Shown here: one piece after another, positions 1-9,850 of the stretch
How positions within the stretch are numbered: position 1 is the stretch's first letter
How the letters are laid out: each line of letters starts with the position of its first letter
Source of the DNA: Candidatus Forterrea multitransposorum CG_2015-17_Forterrea_25_41
GTDB lineage: Archaea; Iainarchaeota; Iainarchaeia; Iainarchaeales; CSSED10-239
NCBI GenBank assembly: GCA_009392915.1
Contig: CP045477.1
Coordinates: 64,001-128,000, forward strand
Length of the DNA: 64,000 nt
Reading direction: 5' to 3'
Position numbers and translations under genes: made by a program
The notes under the pieces: generated by a model
The model's database searches: none
What the model was told of the DNA's origin: nothing
Seen by the model: the letters and a program-made list of their open reading frames with translations, nothing else

Positions 1-296
1 CTTTAGTCTCTTCCTGAATTTATTAAAAGTATTATTCCTATAATTATTAAAATTAGTCCTAAATATATATTTAATCTTGATAATACACCTGGAAGATCTG
101 GAATATACATTCCAATACCAATTCCCATTATAATTCCACTAGCAAGAGATTTACCCATATTTCATGTCTCCTATTTTAATTGTTAGTTTATAATTTCATA
201 TATTGATGATAAGGTTTTTAAATTAATTTAGTTTGATAAATTAAATAAATACATTCTTTTTAATATTTATCTAATCTATTATTATATTGAGAAAAT

Positions 297-926
297 ATGA
301 ATTTTGAAAATGTAATCTTTGGAAATATTAATGATTTTGATAAAAGTCTTTTAAAAGAAATTATTGATTATCTTAATGAAAAAGAAATAAACTATTTTTA
401 TTTAAGTGGACTTAATGAAGATTTTGGAAAAGAATATATTAAAAATAATAATTTTGATTATTTTTTTAATTTTAATAAAATCTATCATGTAGACAAATCT
501 TATTTAGATACTCTTTCTGAAATTGATTTAGAAATTAGAAATAACAATTATAAAAAATCAAACGATTATATTGATCAATATTATAAAATTTATTTTTTAA
601 CAAAATTAAAACCAAATCTTAATAATGAAAAAACTTTATTTATTGGAAATGATATTTGGACTGATGCTTATTATATATCTGAATATACTCTTGCAAATGT
701 AATTTTATTTAAATCAAAAATTACATTTAATAAAGAAGAATTTAATAAAGATTTAAAAACAATTAATTGTTTTGAAAATATATCTGATTTTAAAAAAATA
801 ATTGAAGAAGAAACTGAATTTAATTATTCTAAATTAAAGTCTTTTGCAAAAAGTTATTTAATTTCAAAGACTGTTGGAAAACTAGATTTAGATTTAAGTA
901 AAATATATAAAAAGAGTGATAAGTAA
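297..926 (+). CDS. hypothetical protein (209 aa), no recognisable motif
   Basis: Complete ORF whose stop overlaps the enolase start. No recognisable motif, so the product is left as hypothetical. Confidence 0.5.
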   Translation: MNFENVIFGNINDFDKSLLKEIIDYLNEKEINYFYLSGLNEDFGKEYIKNNNFDYFFNFNKIYHVDKSYLDTLSEIDLEIRNNNYKKSNDYIDQYYKIYFLTKLKPNLNNEKTLFIGNDIWTDAYYISEYTLANVILFKSKITFNKEEFNKDLKTINCFENISDFKKIIEEETEFNYSKLKSFAKSYLISKTVGKLDLDLSKIYKKSDK

Positions 927-2173
927 TGGAAATAAAAGAAATAAAAGCAATTAGAGTTCTTGATTCAAGAGGAGTACCAACAATTAAAACGTTTGTAAAA
1001 ACAGAAAATGAAACAGGATCAGCATCAATTCCTTCTGGAACTTCTGCAGGTTTGTTTGAAGCTTATGAACTTAGAGATACAAAATCTAAAGATTATTTTA
1101 ATTTAGATGTTTCTAAAGCTATAAAGAATGTTAATACTGTAATTAATAAAAAATTAAAAGGTAAATTTGTACTTGACCAAGAAGATATTGACAATACATT
1201 ATTAGAGCTTGATGGTACTGATAATAAATCTAGACTTGGAGCAAATGCAATTCTTTCTGTAAGTCTTGCAGTTTCAAGAGCAGCTGCAAATGAATTATCT
1301 ATGCCTTTATATCAGTATATTTCAAGATTAAATAATAATAATAATTTTAAAGACCCAACTCCTCTTTCAAACATTATTAATGGTGGACTTCATTCAGGAT
1401 CAAATATTGCTTTTCAAGAATATTTAATAATTCCAAAATTTAAAGAAATTGAAGATTCTGTAAAATCAATGAGTGAAATTTATCATTCTTTAAAAAATAT
1501 AATTTCAAAAGAATATGGTCCTTCTTCTACAAATGTTGGTTTTGAAGGAGGTTTTGTACCTAACTTTAAAGATGTTAATGAAGAAAATCCTTTAATATTA
1601 ATTGAAAAAGCAATTAAAGATGCAGGATATACAAGAAAAGAAATTGGTTTAGGACTTGATTGTGCTGCAAATTCTTTTTATAATGAAAAAGAAAAAAAAT
1701 ATTTTTTAAATAATAAAAATTATTCTTCATCAGAATTACTAGATTATTATTTAGATCTTATTAAAAAATTTAAAATAAAATCAATAGAAGATCCTTTCTT
1801 TGAAAAAGATAAAAAAGCATGGCAAGAGTTTAGTAAAAAAGTAAGTTCTTCAATTAATGTTGTTGGAGATGATCTTTTAGTTACAAATCCAGCTTTAATA
1901 AAAGATGCAATTTCTAAAAAATACTGTAATTCTCTACTTTTAAAAGTTAACCAGATTGGAACATTAACTGAAAGTTTAAATGCATTTAATATTTCAAAAA
2001 AAGCAAATTGGAAAGTTATAGTCTCTCACAGATCAGGAGAAACTGAAGATAATTATATTTCTGATCTTGCTTATGGAATTAATGCTGATTATGTTAAATT
2101 TGGAGCTCCTTCAAGAGGAGAGAGAACTTCTAAATATAATAGACTTCTTGAGATTAAAGAAATAAAAAGTTAA
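926..2173 (+). CDS. eno: enolase (phosphopyruvate hydratase)
   Basis: Carries the enolase signature SHRSGETED (VSHRSGETEDNYISDLAYG) and the metal/substrate region LLLKVNQIGTLTES. Length is 415 aa. Confidence 0.9.
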   Translation: MEIKEIKAIRVLDSRGVPTIKTFVKTENETGSASIPSGTSAGLFEAYELRDTKSKDYFNLDVSKAIKNVNTVINKKLKGKFVLDQEDIDNTLLELDGTDNKSRLGANAILSVSLAVSRAAANELSMPLYQYISRLNNNNNFKDPTPLSNIINGGLHSGSNIAFQEYLIIPKFKEIEDSVKSMSEIYHSLKNIISKEYGPSSTNVGFEGGFVPNFKDVNEENPLILIEKAIKDAGYTRKEIGLGLDCAANSFYNEKEKKYFLNNKNYSSSELLDYYLDLIKKFKIKSIEDPFFEKDKKAWQEFSKKVSSSINVVGDDLLVTNPALIKDAISKKYCNSLLLKVNQIGTLTESLNAFNISKKANWKVIVSHRSGETEDNYISDLAYGINADYVKFGAPSRGERTSKYNRLLEIKEIKS

Positions 2174-2185
2174 AAAGAAAGAAAA

Positions 2186-2356
2186 TTATTCTTTCTTTTT
2201 AAGCATAGGAAGTCCAGTTCTTTTGTTTTCTATGACTTTATAACCATCTGGAAGATCTATTGAATCAGTAGAGTCTCCAGAAAAAAAGAAAAGATGACCT
2301 TTTTTATGAAGATAATATGTTTTACCATTTTTTTTATTTTCTTGTGAATAACCCAT
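2186..2356 (-). CDS. possible small protein (56 aa), convergent with eno
   Basis: ORF not in the supplied track (MGYSQENKKNGKTYYLHKKGHLFFFSGDSTDSIDLPDGYKVIENKRTGLPMLKKKE). No motif recognised. It may be spurious in AT-rich DNA. Confidence 0.2.
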   Translation of the reverse strand: MGYSQENKKNGKTYYLHKKGHLFFFSGDSTDSIDLPDGYKVIENKRTGLPMLKKKE

Positions 2357-2605
2357 ATATTAACAACCCCCTTAAAATTGTTTTTTTATAATAACTATTT
2401 TTATTTCTAAATTTAATACTCTTAAAAACTAAATATTTTTTTATCTAGAAACTAAACTATTCAATATATAGAAACAATTCTTTTATAATAGTGTAGGTTT
2501 TTTTAATTAATTTATTCACTGAGATAAATAACGATACCTTTAAAAAACATTTATAAACATATTTATTTATAAGTTTAATATACTTTATAATATTTAAAAG
2601 GTGAA

Positions 2606-3460
2606 ATGAAAATGGCAGATGAATTTGATTTAAATGAAGACATGGGCTCTACTTCTAAAAGATCTGGAACTTCAAAACTTAGACTTGAAGGAATAATTCC
2701 AATTGTAATAATAATTATTGTTGTTTTATTAATTGCTTTTAAAACAAACATATTTTCAGGATCTTCAGATATATTTAGTGGAAAGGGATCAGCAGTTTTA
2801 ATTATTGGTTCTCCAAGCCCTAATTTACAATTAGTTTTAAACAATGCAGAAAATAAAGATTTAATTAAAGAAAAAAGACAAATAACGATGGATGCTCTTT
2901 TATATAATCCTACTGAAAGGATAAAAGGGTATGATATTATAATATTAGATCAAAGTTTATCTGCTGATAAATCAATTACAAGAACAGCAGGAGAGGCAAT
3001 AGCTTCTTTTGTAAAATCAGGTGGAAGTTTAATGGTTGTTTTAAACTCTGGAATTGAAAGACCAGGAGATCCTTCAGTTATTGGTTGGAAACCAACTTTT
3101 GGAGATATAGTTCCTGTTTCTTGTGATCCTACACTTTACAGTATTCCAAGTTGTAAACAACAATTAAGAGTAAATGGTATTTTATATGCTAATAGATACA
3201 ATAGTAAACAAGGTGCATATAAGATAATGTATGGTATTGAAAAAGTGCCTGCACTTGAATCTGCTGGACTTATTTCAACAGAGACATATCCTGTAACTGT
3301 TAATGGTAATGAAATTGCATATTTAGTTGATTCTAGAACAGGTACATACTATCCTGCAATTGTTGAAAAACCATTACTTTTAGGAAAAGTCATTTACTTT
3401 AATTATGATCCTGGACTTTCAGAAACAATTTTTGTAAATACTTTAAAATATTTAGGTTAG
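2606..3460 (+). CDS. membrane-anchored hypothetical protein (N-terminal TM, extracytoplasmic domain)
   Basis: N-terminal TM helix IIPIVIIIIVVLLIAF followed by a ~230-aa soluble domain. It sits where L11 would normally precede L1. Confidence 0.55.
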   Translation: MKMADEFDLNEDMGSTSKRSGTSKLRLEGIIPIVIIIIVVLLIAFKTNIFSGSSDIFSGKGSAVLIIGSPSPNLQLVLNNAENKDLIKEKRQITMDALLYNPTERIKGYDIIILDQSLSADKSITRTAGEAIASFVKSGGSLMVVLNSGIERPGDPSVIGWKPTFGDIVPVSCDPTLYSIPSCKQQLRVNGILYANRYNSKQGAYKIMYGIEKVPALESAGLISTETYPVTVNGNEIAYLVDSRTGTYYPAIVEKPLLLGKVIYFNYDPGLSETIFVNTLKYLG

Positions 3461-3461
3461 A

Positions 3462-3508
3462 TTTTTTTTAAAAAGAAAAAATCTTTTTCTTTTTTCTTCT
3501 TTTTTTTT
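3462..3508 (+). terminator. AT hairpin plus oligo-T tract downstream of 2606..3460
   Basis: AAAAAGAAAAAA-tc-TTTTTCTTTTTT followed by a T9 run immediately after the stop. This resembles archaeal oligo-T termination signals. Confidence 0.3.
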
Positions 3509-3633
3509 AAAAATATACATTTAAAAACACTTCTCTGCTATAATTATATTACTTTTAAAGCTATTTATAGTTTTAATATTATTAAAAAAACCGATATAAC
3601 TGCTTAAAATAAAGCAGGAGGTGCAAAGTAGAT

Positions 3634-4290
3634 ATGGATAAAAAGACATTAGAGTCTACCATTAAAGATTTATTTTCAAATCTTAAGAAAAGAAATTTTG
3701 ATGAATCAGTAGACTTAATTGTAACATTCAAAAATATGAATATTAAAAATAAAGATCATAGATTTGAATACTTTGTAAGTATACCTCATCCATTTGTAAC
3801 TAAAATAAAGACACTTGCATTTGTTAAAAATAAACAATTTATAGAGTCTTTAAAAGGTATAGTGGATAAAGTAATTCCTGATGAAGAAATATCAAAGATT
3901 ACTAAAAAAGAAGGTAAAAAACTTGCAAATGAGTTTGATTTAATTTTAGCAGAAGGTCCTGCTATGCTAACTGTGGGAAAATTCTTAGGACAAGTTTTAA
4001 GTCCAAGAGGAAAAATGCCTACAATTATGCCACCATCAGAACCAGCTGTAAAAAGTTTGATTGAATCTCAACTTTCAAAAGTAAAAGTAACTAATAAAAA
4101 AAGTAAATCTTCTGTTTCTTTAATGCTTAGAATTGGAAAGAAAAGTCAAGATACAGCTTTTATTGCAGAAAATACTTTAGCTGTTTTAAGTTCTATTGCA
4201 GATAAACTTCCAAATGGAAAACAGAATATTAAAGATGTTATTTTTAAAACAACAATGAGTGCACCTGTTAAGGTAGGAGGTGCTTTATAG
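3634..4290 (+). CDS. rpl1: 50S ribosomal protein L1
   Basis: L1 family N-terminus and length (218 aa). Lies in the conserved L1-L10-L12 order. Confidence 0.9.
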   Translation: MDKKTLESTIKDLFSNLKKRNFDESVDLIVTFKNMNIKNKDHRFEYFVSIPHPFVTKIKTLAFVKNKQFIESLKGIVDKVIPDEEISKITKKEGKKLANEFDLILAEGPAMLTVGKFLGQVLSPRGKMPTIMPPSEPAVKSLIESQLSKVKVTNKKSKSSVSLMLRIGKKSQDTAFIAENTLAVLSSIADKLPNGKQNIKDVIFKTTMSAPVKVGGAL

Positions 4291-5055
4291 ATGGCAAAAC
4301 ATCTTAAAGAATGGAGACATAAAGAATTAGGTATTATTTCTGATCTTATATCTCAATATAAAACAATTGGTATTGGTGATTTGTATAATTTTCCATCAGC
4401 TTTACTTCATAAGCTAAGAAAAAATACTCCTAAAATACATTTCAAAGTAACTAACAGAAATATTTTAAAAATGGCTCTTGAAAAAATAGGTCAAAAAGAT
4501 TTAATTGAAAAGTTACCTGATCAACCAATATTGATTTTATCAAATGATAATGCTTTTGAAATATATTCTTCAATTAAGAAAAATAAATCAAAATCAAAAG
4601 CAAAAGTTGGTATGTTATCTCCAATTGATATTGTTGTTCCTGAAGGAGACACTGGTCTTGCACCTGGTCCTGCACTTTCAGATCTTAAAAAAGTTGGTAT
4701 TAAAGCTCAAGTTAAAGGAGCTACAATCCATGTTACAAAAGATACTGTTATTGCAAAAGAAGGAGACGTTATCAATGAAGATATTGTAAGTACTTTATCA
4801 AAGCTTGACATTAAACCTGTTGAATTAATTTTAGAAGTTGTCTTTATTAAAGAAGATGGCATAATTTATTCAAAAGATGTTTTAGATGTTGATGCTGAAA
4901 CAATATATAACAATTTCATAACTGCTGTAAGACAATCAATTAATTTAGGTGTTGAAATATCTTACGCAACAGAACTTACAATTGAGCCTATGATAATGAT
5001 GGCTGAATTGAAAGCAAAAGCCTTAGAAAAAGAGGTTGAAGAAAAAAGTAATTAA
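4291..5055 (+). CDS. rpl10: 50S ribosomal protein L10 / acidic protein P0
   Basis: Positioned between L1 and L12. 254 aa, with an acidic C-terminal EKEVEEK tail typical of P0. Confidence 0.9.
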   Translation: MAKHLKEWRHKELGIISDLISQYKTIGIGDLYNFPSALLHKLRKNTPKIHFKVTNRNILKMALEKIGQKDLIEKLPDQPILILSNDNAFEIYSSIKKNKSKSKAKVGMLSPIDIVVPEGDTGLAPGPALSDLKKVGIKAQVKGATIHVTKDTVIAKEGDVINEDIVSTLSKLDIKPVELILEVVFIKEDGIIYSKDVLDVDAETIYNNFITAVRQSINLGVEISYATELTIEPMIMMAELKAKALEKEVEEKSN

Positions 5056-5110
5056 TTTTACTTTTTTTCTTTTAAATAAAAAAAAATTAAAAATAAGAGG
5101 GTGAATTAGT

Positions 5111-5401
5111 ATGGATTATATCTATGCAGTTTTATTATTACATAACGCAAAAAAAGAAATTACAGATGCAAATGTTAAAGCAGTATTAGCTGCTGCTGGT
5201 GTTTCTGTTGATGACGGAAAATTAAAAGGTCTTTTAGCTTCATTAAAAGAAGTAAATATCGCTGAAGCTATTGAAAAAGCATCAATGCCAGTTGCTGCTG
5301 CTGCAGGTCCTGTTGCAGAAGTTAAAGAAGAGAAAAAAGAAGAAGAAGTTGAAGTTTCAGAAGAATCAGCTGCTGAAGGTTTAGGTTCTCTTTTCGGTTA
5401 G
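5111..5401 (+). CDS. rpl12: 50S ribosomal protein L12 / P1 stalk protein
   Basis: Ala-rich hinge and C-terminal [10 protein letters not shown]...GLGSLFG, the archaeal/eukaryotic P1 stalk signature. Confidence 0.9.
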   Translation: MDYIYAVLLLHNAKKEITDANVKAVLAAAGVSVDDGKLKGLLASLKEVNIAEAIEKASMPVAAAAGPVAEVKEEKKEEEVEVSEESAAEGLGSLFG

Positions 5402-5435
5402 AGGTTTTTTTTTAAAACCTTTCTTTTTTCTTTTT
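5402..5435 (+). terminator. hairpin (AGGTTTT/AAAACCT) plus T-tracts after L12
   Basis: gAGGTTTTtttttAAAACCT followed by ttcttttttcttttt. The L1-L10-L12 unit is typically terminated here. Confidence 0.45.
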
Positions 5436-5553
5436 AATTTAAGAAAAGATTTTTTTTAAGAATAATAAAAAGATTTTTTCTTTTTTTTATTTTATTTTCT
5501 CGGCCTTGTTCTTTCAATAAATATATAAACTATTTATTCTATTATTATATATC

Positions 5554-7140
5554 ATGTTAGAAGACAAGTATATTACTTTTCCATATATTAAGAAAAATAC
5601 TGTGGAAAAAAGAGTTTATCAAGAACTATTGACTGCAAAAGCTATTGAAACATCTACATTAGTTGTAGCTCCAACTGGTCTTGGAAAAACCATTGTTGCG
5701 GTTTTACTTATAGGGTTTATATACAATCCAAAAAAATCAATTTTATTTTTAGCACCAACAAAACCTCTTGTCTCACAACATAAAAAATCTTTAGAAAAAG
5801 TTTTAGAAGTTGATCCTGATAAAATAATTTTTTTAACAGGACAAAATCCTCCTGAAAAGAGAAAAGAAATTTATTCTCAAAAAGGGTTAGTTATTTGTGC
5901 TACTCCTCAGACAATAGATAATGATATTAAAAATAATCTTTTAAAAGAAGATAATTTTAATTTAATAATCTTTGATGAAGCTCATAGAGCTGTTGGAGAG
6001 TATGCTTATGTTTCTATTTCTTCTTTTTTTAAAGAAGAAATAAAAAGACTTGCATTAACAGCATCTCCTGGTTATAATAAACAGAAAATTAAAGAAATTG
6101 CTGATAATTTAAAAATAAAACATATAGAAATAAAAACTGAATCTGACTTAGATGTTATTGATTATGTTAAAGATATAGAGATTGAAACTGTTTTTGTTGA
6201 ACTTGATGACGTTTCAAAAAAAATATCTAAAATTTTAGATTCTTTTATTTTAAAAAAAATAGAACTTTTAAGAAAACTTAATTTATCAGTTTCTTCAAAC
6301 TTTACTAAAAAACAAATATTAATGGTTCAACAACAATTGTTTAAAAGACTTGAATCTTCTAAAAATTCATTAAATTTTGTAGCACTTATAAATGTGTCTT
6401 TAGCTTTAAAAGCACTTTATGCAAAAGAATTAATTGAGACTCAAGGTTTTTTACCTCTTAAACATTATCTTGAAAAAGCATTTATTGATTCTAAATCTTC
6501 AAAAACTACTAAAACTTTAAATCAATTTGTAAATTCTAAAGAAATTTTAGAAACTTATTCTTTAATAATTAATTTAGATTATTCAAAACCAATTTATTCT
6601 AAGGAAAAAGAAATTGTAGAATTGGTTAAAAACTTTATTTTAAATAATCCTTCTTCAAAAATATTAATTTTTAATAATTTTAGAGATTCTGCTCAAAATA
6701 TTTCAAATTACTTAAATAAATATGATAATTTAAATAGTGTGAGATTTGTTGGACAATCTTCTAAAGAAAAAGATAAAGGATTATCTCAAAAAGAACAAGC
6801 TCAAATAATTTCTGACTTTAGAGATGGTTTAAACAATGTTTTAGTGTGTACTTCTGTTGGTGAAGAAGGACTTGATATTCCTTCAGTTGATTTAGTTTTT
6901 TTTTATGATGCAGTTCCTTCAGAAATTAGGTCTATACAGAGAAGAGGAAGAACAGGTAGATTTAATGCTGGTAAAGTTATTATTCTTTTAAATAAAGATA
7001 CAATTGATGAACATTATTATTATGTTTCTTTAAAGAAAGAAAAAACTATGAAAAAAAATTTAATTTCCATGTCAAGAGATGGAGATTTGAAAATTGTGAA
7101 AAGAAAGAAAAAAGTTCAAAAAAATTTAGGTGACTTTTAA
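5554..7140 (+). CDS. hef: Hef/FANCM-like SF2 DNA helicase (helicase half only)
   Basis: Walker A APTGLGKT, DEAH box IIFDEAHRAV, and helicase C motifs (VLVCTSVGEEGLDIP, QRRGRTGR). 528 aa, the length of the helicase moiety of euryarchaeal Hef. Confidence 0.8.
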   Translation: MLEDKYITFPYIKKNTVEKRVYQELLTAKAIETSTLVVAPTGLGKTIVAVLLIGFIYNPKKSILFLAPTKPLVSQHKKSLEKVLEVDPDKIIFLTGQNPPEKRKEIYSQKGLVICATPQTIDNDIKNNLLKEDNFNLIIFDEAHRAVGEYAYVSISSFFKEEIKRLALTASPGYNKQKIKEIADNLKIKHIEIKTESDLDVIDYVKDIEIETVFVELDDVSKKISKILDSFILKKIELLRKLNLSVSSNFTKKQILMVQQQLFKRLESSKNSLNFVALINVSLALKALYAKELIETQGFLPLKHYLEKAFIDSKSSKTTKTLNQFVNSKEILETYSLIINLDYSKPIYSKEKEIVELVKNFILNNPSSKILIFNNFRDSAQNISNYLNKYDNLNSVRFVGQSSKEKDKGLSQKEQAQIISDFRDGLNNVLVCTSVGEEGLDIPSVDLVFFYDAVPSEIRSIQRRGRTGRFNAGKVIILLNKDTIDEHYYYVSLKKEKTMKKNLISMSRDGDLKIVKRKKKVQKNLGDF

Positions 7141-7618
7141 GAAAAAATGTGATATAAATATGGATTTATTAGAATTTATAATTGAAGCAAAAAAAAATAC
7201 TTATGCATCTTCAAAAATAACTGATAAATTAAATAAAGATGGTTCTAAAGAACTTATATTTGAAAAAGATTCTTTAAAATATATTGATAAATATTATGGT
7301 TTTAATCCTTTTTCTGGTCAAGAAATTATTTTTAAAGATTATAAGGGTATTTGGTCTATGAATTATTATGGTTTTATAAAAGATCATTTAGTTTCTGAAA
7401 AAGAAGTTTATTCTTTTTTAAAAAAAGCTTTACTTAATGTTGAAAAAAGATTTCCTTTAAGAGGTCCAAATATTTATAGAGAAGGAGATTTTGAATATTT
7501 TTCAGATACTTCTGGATTTATTGAAGAATTTAATGGAAAGGAAAGAATTGATTATAATGGTAAAACTGTATATCATGGTTTTTATCATGGTGGTCTTTTA
7601 AGAGATAAATTAATTTAA
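7130..7618 (+). CDS. hypothetical protein inserted between the Hef helicase and nuclease genes
   Basis: 162-aa ORF overlapping the helicase stop by 11 nt. No recognisable motif. Confidence 0.5.
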   Translation: MTFKKKCDINMDLLEFIIEAKKNTYASSKITDKLNKDGSKELIFEKDSLKYIDKYYGFNPFSGQEIIFKDYKGIWSMNYYGFIKDHLVSEKEVYSFLKKALLNVEKRFPLRGPNIYREGDFEYFSDTSGFIEEFNGKERIDYNGKTVYHGFYHGGLLRDKLI

Positions 7619-7637
7619 TTTTAAAAAGTGATTTTAA

Positions 7638-8306
7638 ATGCCTTTAAAAGAAATAAATATTATTTGCGATACTAGAGAAAAAGCTTCTTCAGTTTTATCA
7701 GAAATTTCACTTCTTTCAGATAATGATATAAAAGTTAATGTTATTTTAGAACAATTATCTGTTGGAGATTATCAAATTTCAGACGATATTGTAATTGAAA
7801 GAAAAACTTTATCTGATCTTGAAACTTCAATTATTGATGGTAGAATATTTTCTCAATTGCAAGATCTTTCTTTTGTTAAAAGATCTGCTTTAATTATTGA
7901 AGGTGATCCTTTTTTATTGTATAATAGTAAAAGAATAAATGGTAAAGCACTAATTGGTTTAATTACTTCTGTTGGACTTAATTATAGAATTCCTTTATTT
8001 TTTACAAAAAATCAAAAACAAACTGCTTTATTTTTGTGTACCATGGCAAAAAAAGAACAACTTAAAAATGGAACTTCTGAATCTAAACTAAGGTATCAAA
8101 AAAATAAAATGTCAGGTACTCAATTCCAATTATTTATAATGCAGTCTTTTCCAGATGTAGGACCTACTCTTGCAAAATCTATTTTAAAAGAATTTAAATC
8201 TATTAAAAATATTTCAAATGCAAGTATTGAAGATTTATTAAAAGTTCCAAAACTTGGTCCAAAAAAAGCTCAAAAAATAAAATATCTTTTTGAAAGAGAA
8301 TATTAG
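7638..8306 (+). CDS. ERCC4/XPF-type nuclease domain with C-terminal (HhH)2 (nuclease half of Hef)
   Basis: ERCC4 motif GDYQISDDIVIERKTLSDL (GDXnERKxxxD) plus a terminal helix-hairpin-helix (LLKVPKLGPKKAQKI). Confidence 0.8.
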   Translation: MPLKEINIICDTREKASSVLSEISLLSDNDIKVNVILEQLSVGDYQISDDIVIERKTLSDLETSIIDGRIFSQLQDLSFVKRSALIIEGDPFLLYNSKRINGKALIGLITSVGLNYRIPLFFTKNQKQTALFLCTMAKKEQLKNGTSESKLRYQKNKMSGTQFQLFIMQSFPDVGPTLAKSILKEFKSIKNISNASIEDLLKVPKLGPKKAQKIKYLFEREY

Positions 8307-8315
8307 TTATATTTT

Positions 8316-8831
8316 TTAAAATAAAGAAAGTGCCATCTTTTCAATTATTTCTTCTTCAATATTTTTTTTATTTTTAATATTATAATAGTTTATTATTTCT
8401 TTTATTTTAGGAGTGTGTTTTTTAGTAATTTTTTTAACATCTAATTTTTTTAAAACATCTTTATTTATTTTTTTCTCTTGACTTAAGATATTTAAAAAAT
8501 AATTGTTTTTTCCTTTTTTAATATACCAATCTTTAGAAATTCCTTTAATTTGATTTGTATTTGAAAGAATCATTAAAGTTTCTGTAAAAATATTCTTTGA
8601 AATATTAATTTTTTCCAGAAATCTTAATTTTCCATTAAAAATAGCCCAATTAATGTGGTTTTCATTGTAAACTAGGGGTTCTGGAACCAAAATAACAGAT
8701 ATTTTCCCTTTTTGCTCTTTTTCTATGTTTTCAATTCTTTTTAAATATTTTTCTATATTATTAATATCTATAGAGCAATATATATTTTCTATATAATAGC
8801 TTTTTTTAAAAATACTAAATGAGTTTTTCAT
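8316..8831 (-). CDS. hypothetical protein (171 aa)
   Basis: Complete ORF divergent from the S8e gene. No motif recognised. Confidence 0.45.
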   Translation of the reverse strand: MKNSFSIFKKSYYIENIYCSIDINNIEKYLKRIENIEKEQKGKISVILVPEPLVYNENHINWAIFNGKLRFLEKINISKNIFTETLMILSNTNQIKGISKDWYIKKGKNNYFLNILSQEKKINKDVLKKLDVKKITKKHTPKIKEIINYYNIKNKKNIEEEIIEKMALSLF

Positions 8832-8897
8832 ATTAATATATTGAATAATTTAGTTTAAAAACATAATTATATTTTAAATCAAGGAGTTGAATACAAA

Positions 8898-9293
8898 ATG
8901 GTTGAATGGATTAAAAAATCAAAAAGAAAAAAAACAGGTGGAATAGATAACTCTGTTAATTTTAAAACAAAAGCATTATCTGATAGAGGTGGATCTTTTG
9001 TTAAAACTGTTGTTGATGATTCTGAAAAGAAATTTAAAGAAAGAACAAGAGGCGGAAATGAAAAATTAAAAATTTCAAAAGCATCTACTGTTTTAGTTTC
9101 AGACAATGGTAAATCTTTTAAAGCAAAAGTTTTAAATGTTGTAGAAAATCATGCAAATAAACAATTTGTAAGACAAAAAGTAATTACAAAAGGTTCAATT
9201 GTTGTAATTGAAAAAGATGGTAAAGAACATAAAGCAAAAGTTACTTCAAGACCAGGACAAACAGGTCAAGTTACTGCTGTTTTAGTAAAATAG
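8898..9293 (+). CDS. rps8e: 30S ribosomal protein S8e
   Basis: N-terminal KRKKTGG motif and overall basic 131-aa protein, typical of S8e. Confidence 0.85.
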   Translation: MVEWIKKSKRKKTGGIDNSVNFKTKALSDRGGSFVKTVVDDSEKKFKERTRGGNEKLKISKASTVLVSDNGKSFKAKVLNVVENHANKQFVRQKVITKGSIVVIEKDGKEHKAKVTSRPGQTGQVTAVLVK

Positions 9294-9303
9294 ATTTTAA
9301 GAT

Positions 9304-9846
9304 ATGTTAACTTTTTTTAAAAAAATTAAAAGAGATTTGAAAACTAAAAAAAAAATAAAAGAATCTCTTTATTTTTTATTATTTTTTATAATTTCTTTTT
9401 CTCTTATTTATTTATTATTATCAAAAACCTTAATCTATAATTTTATAAACTATTTTTATGGTTCTCTTTCAAGTATTATTCTTAATATTTTTTATGGAAT
9501 TAATACTTCTTTTTATTATGATTTTATAGAACAAGTAACTTTTCTAATAATTCCAAGTATAGATTATCCTGTTGCAATTGTTTTCTTATGTACTGGTATT
9601 TTAGAATTTTCTTTAATTGTAAGTGCTATTGTTTCAACTATTGGTTTTTCTTTAAGAAAGAAAATAAAATGGGTATTAATTTCTTCTTTCCTTGTAATTA
9701 TTTTTAATCTTTTAAGAATAACTTTTACAATATTTATAATAGATTATTTTAATTTAGAAATAGCAGATTTTTTCCATGGTTTTTTATTTAGATTATTTTT
9801 AGTAATTATTGTTATTGGTACTTATTATTTTTTCTTAAAATCTTAA
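9304..9846 (+). CDS. small polytopic membrane protein, candidate short archaeosortase/exosortase-family protein
   Basis: 4-5 predicted TM helices. Cys96 in FLCTGILEF and Arg138 in FNLLRITF are spaced 42 residues apart, reminiscent of the essential Cys/Arg pair of archaeosortase ArtA (spacing 41). This is speculative. Confidence 0.35.
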   Translation: MLTFFKKIKRDLKTKKKIKESLYFLLFFIISFSLIYLLLSKTLIYNFINYFYGSLSSIILNIFYGINTSFYYDFIEQVTFLIIPSIDYPVAIVFLCTGILEFSLIVSAIVSTIGFSLRKKIKWVLISSFLVIIFNLLRITFTIFIIDYFNLEIADFFHGFLFRLFLVIIVIGTYYFFLKS

Positions 9847-9850
9847 ATTA

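Noticed and set aside
2575-2844. 89-aa reverse-strand ORF overlapping the start of the 2606..3460 gene
   Set aside because: It is entirely antisense to a better-supported gene with a TM anchor. Such shadow ORFs are expected by chance in AT-rich sequence where stops are depleted on the opposite strand.
4544-4789. 81-aa + strand ORF in an alternative frame inside the L10/P0 gene
   Set aside because: It is embedded in a highly conserved ribosomal gene. It is a Leu/Lys-rich frame artefact.
9304-9846. Considered whether the 180-aa membrane protein is a prepilin peptidase for the class III-signal adhesin
   Set aside because: It lacks the paired cytoplasmic Asp motifs (including GxGD) of FlaK/PibD-type peptidases, and it is shorter than the usual 230-250 aa.
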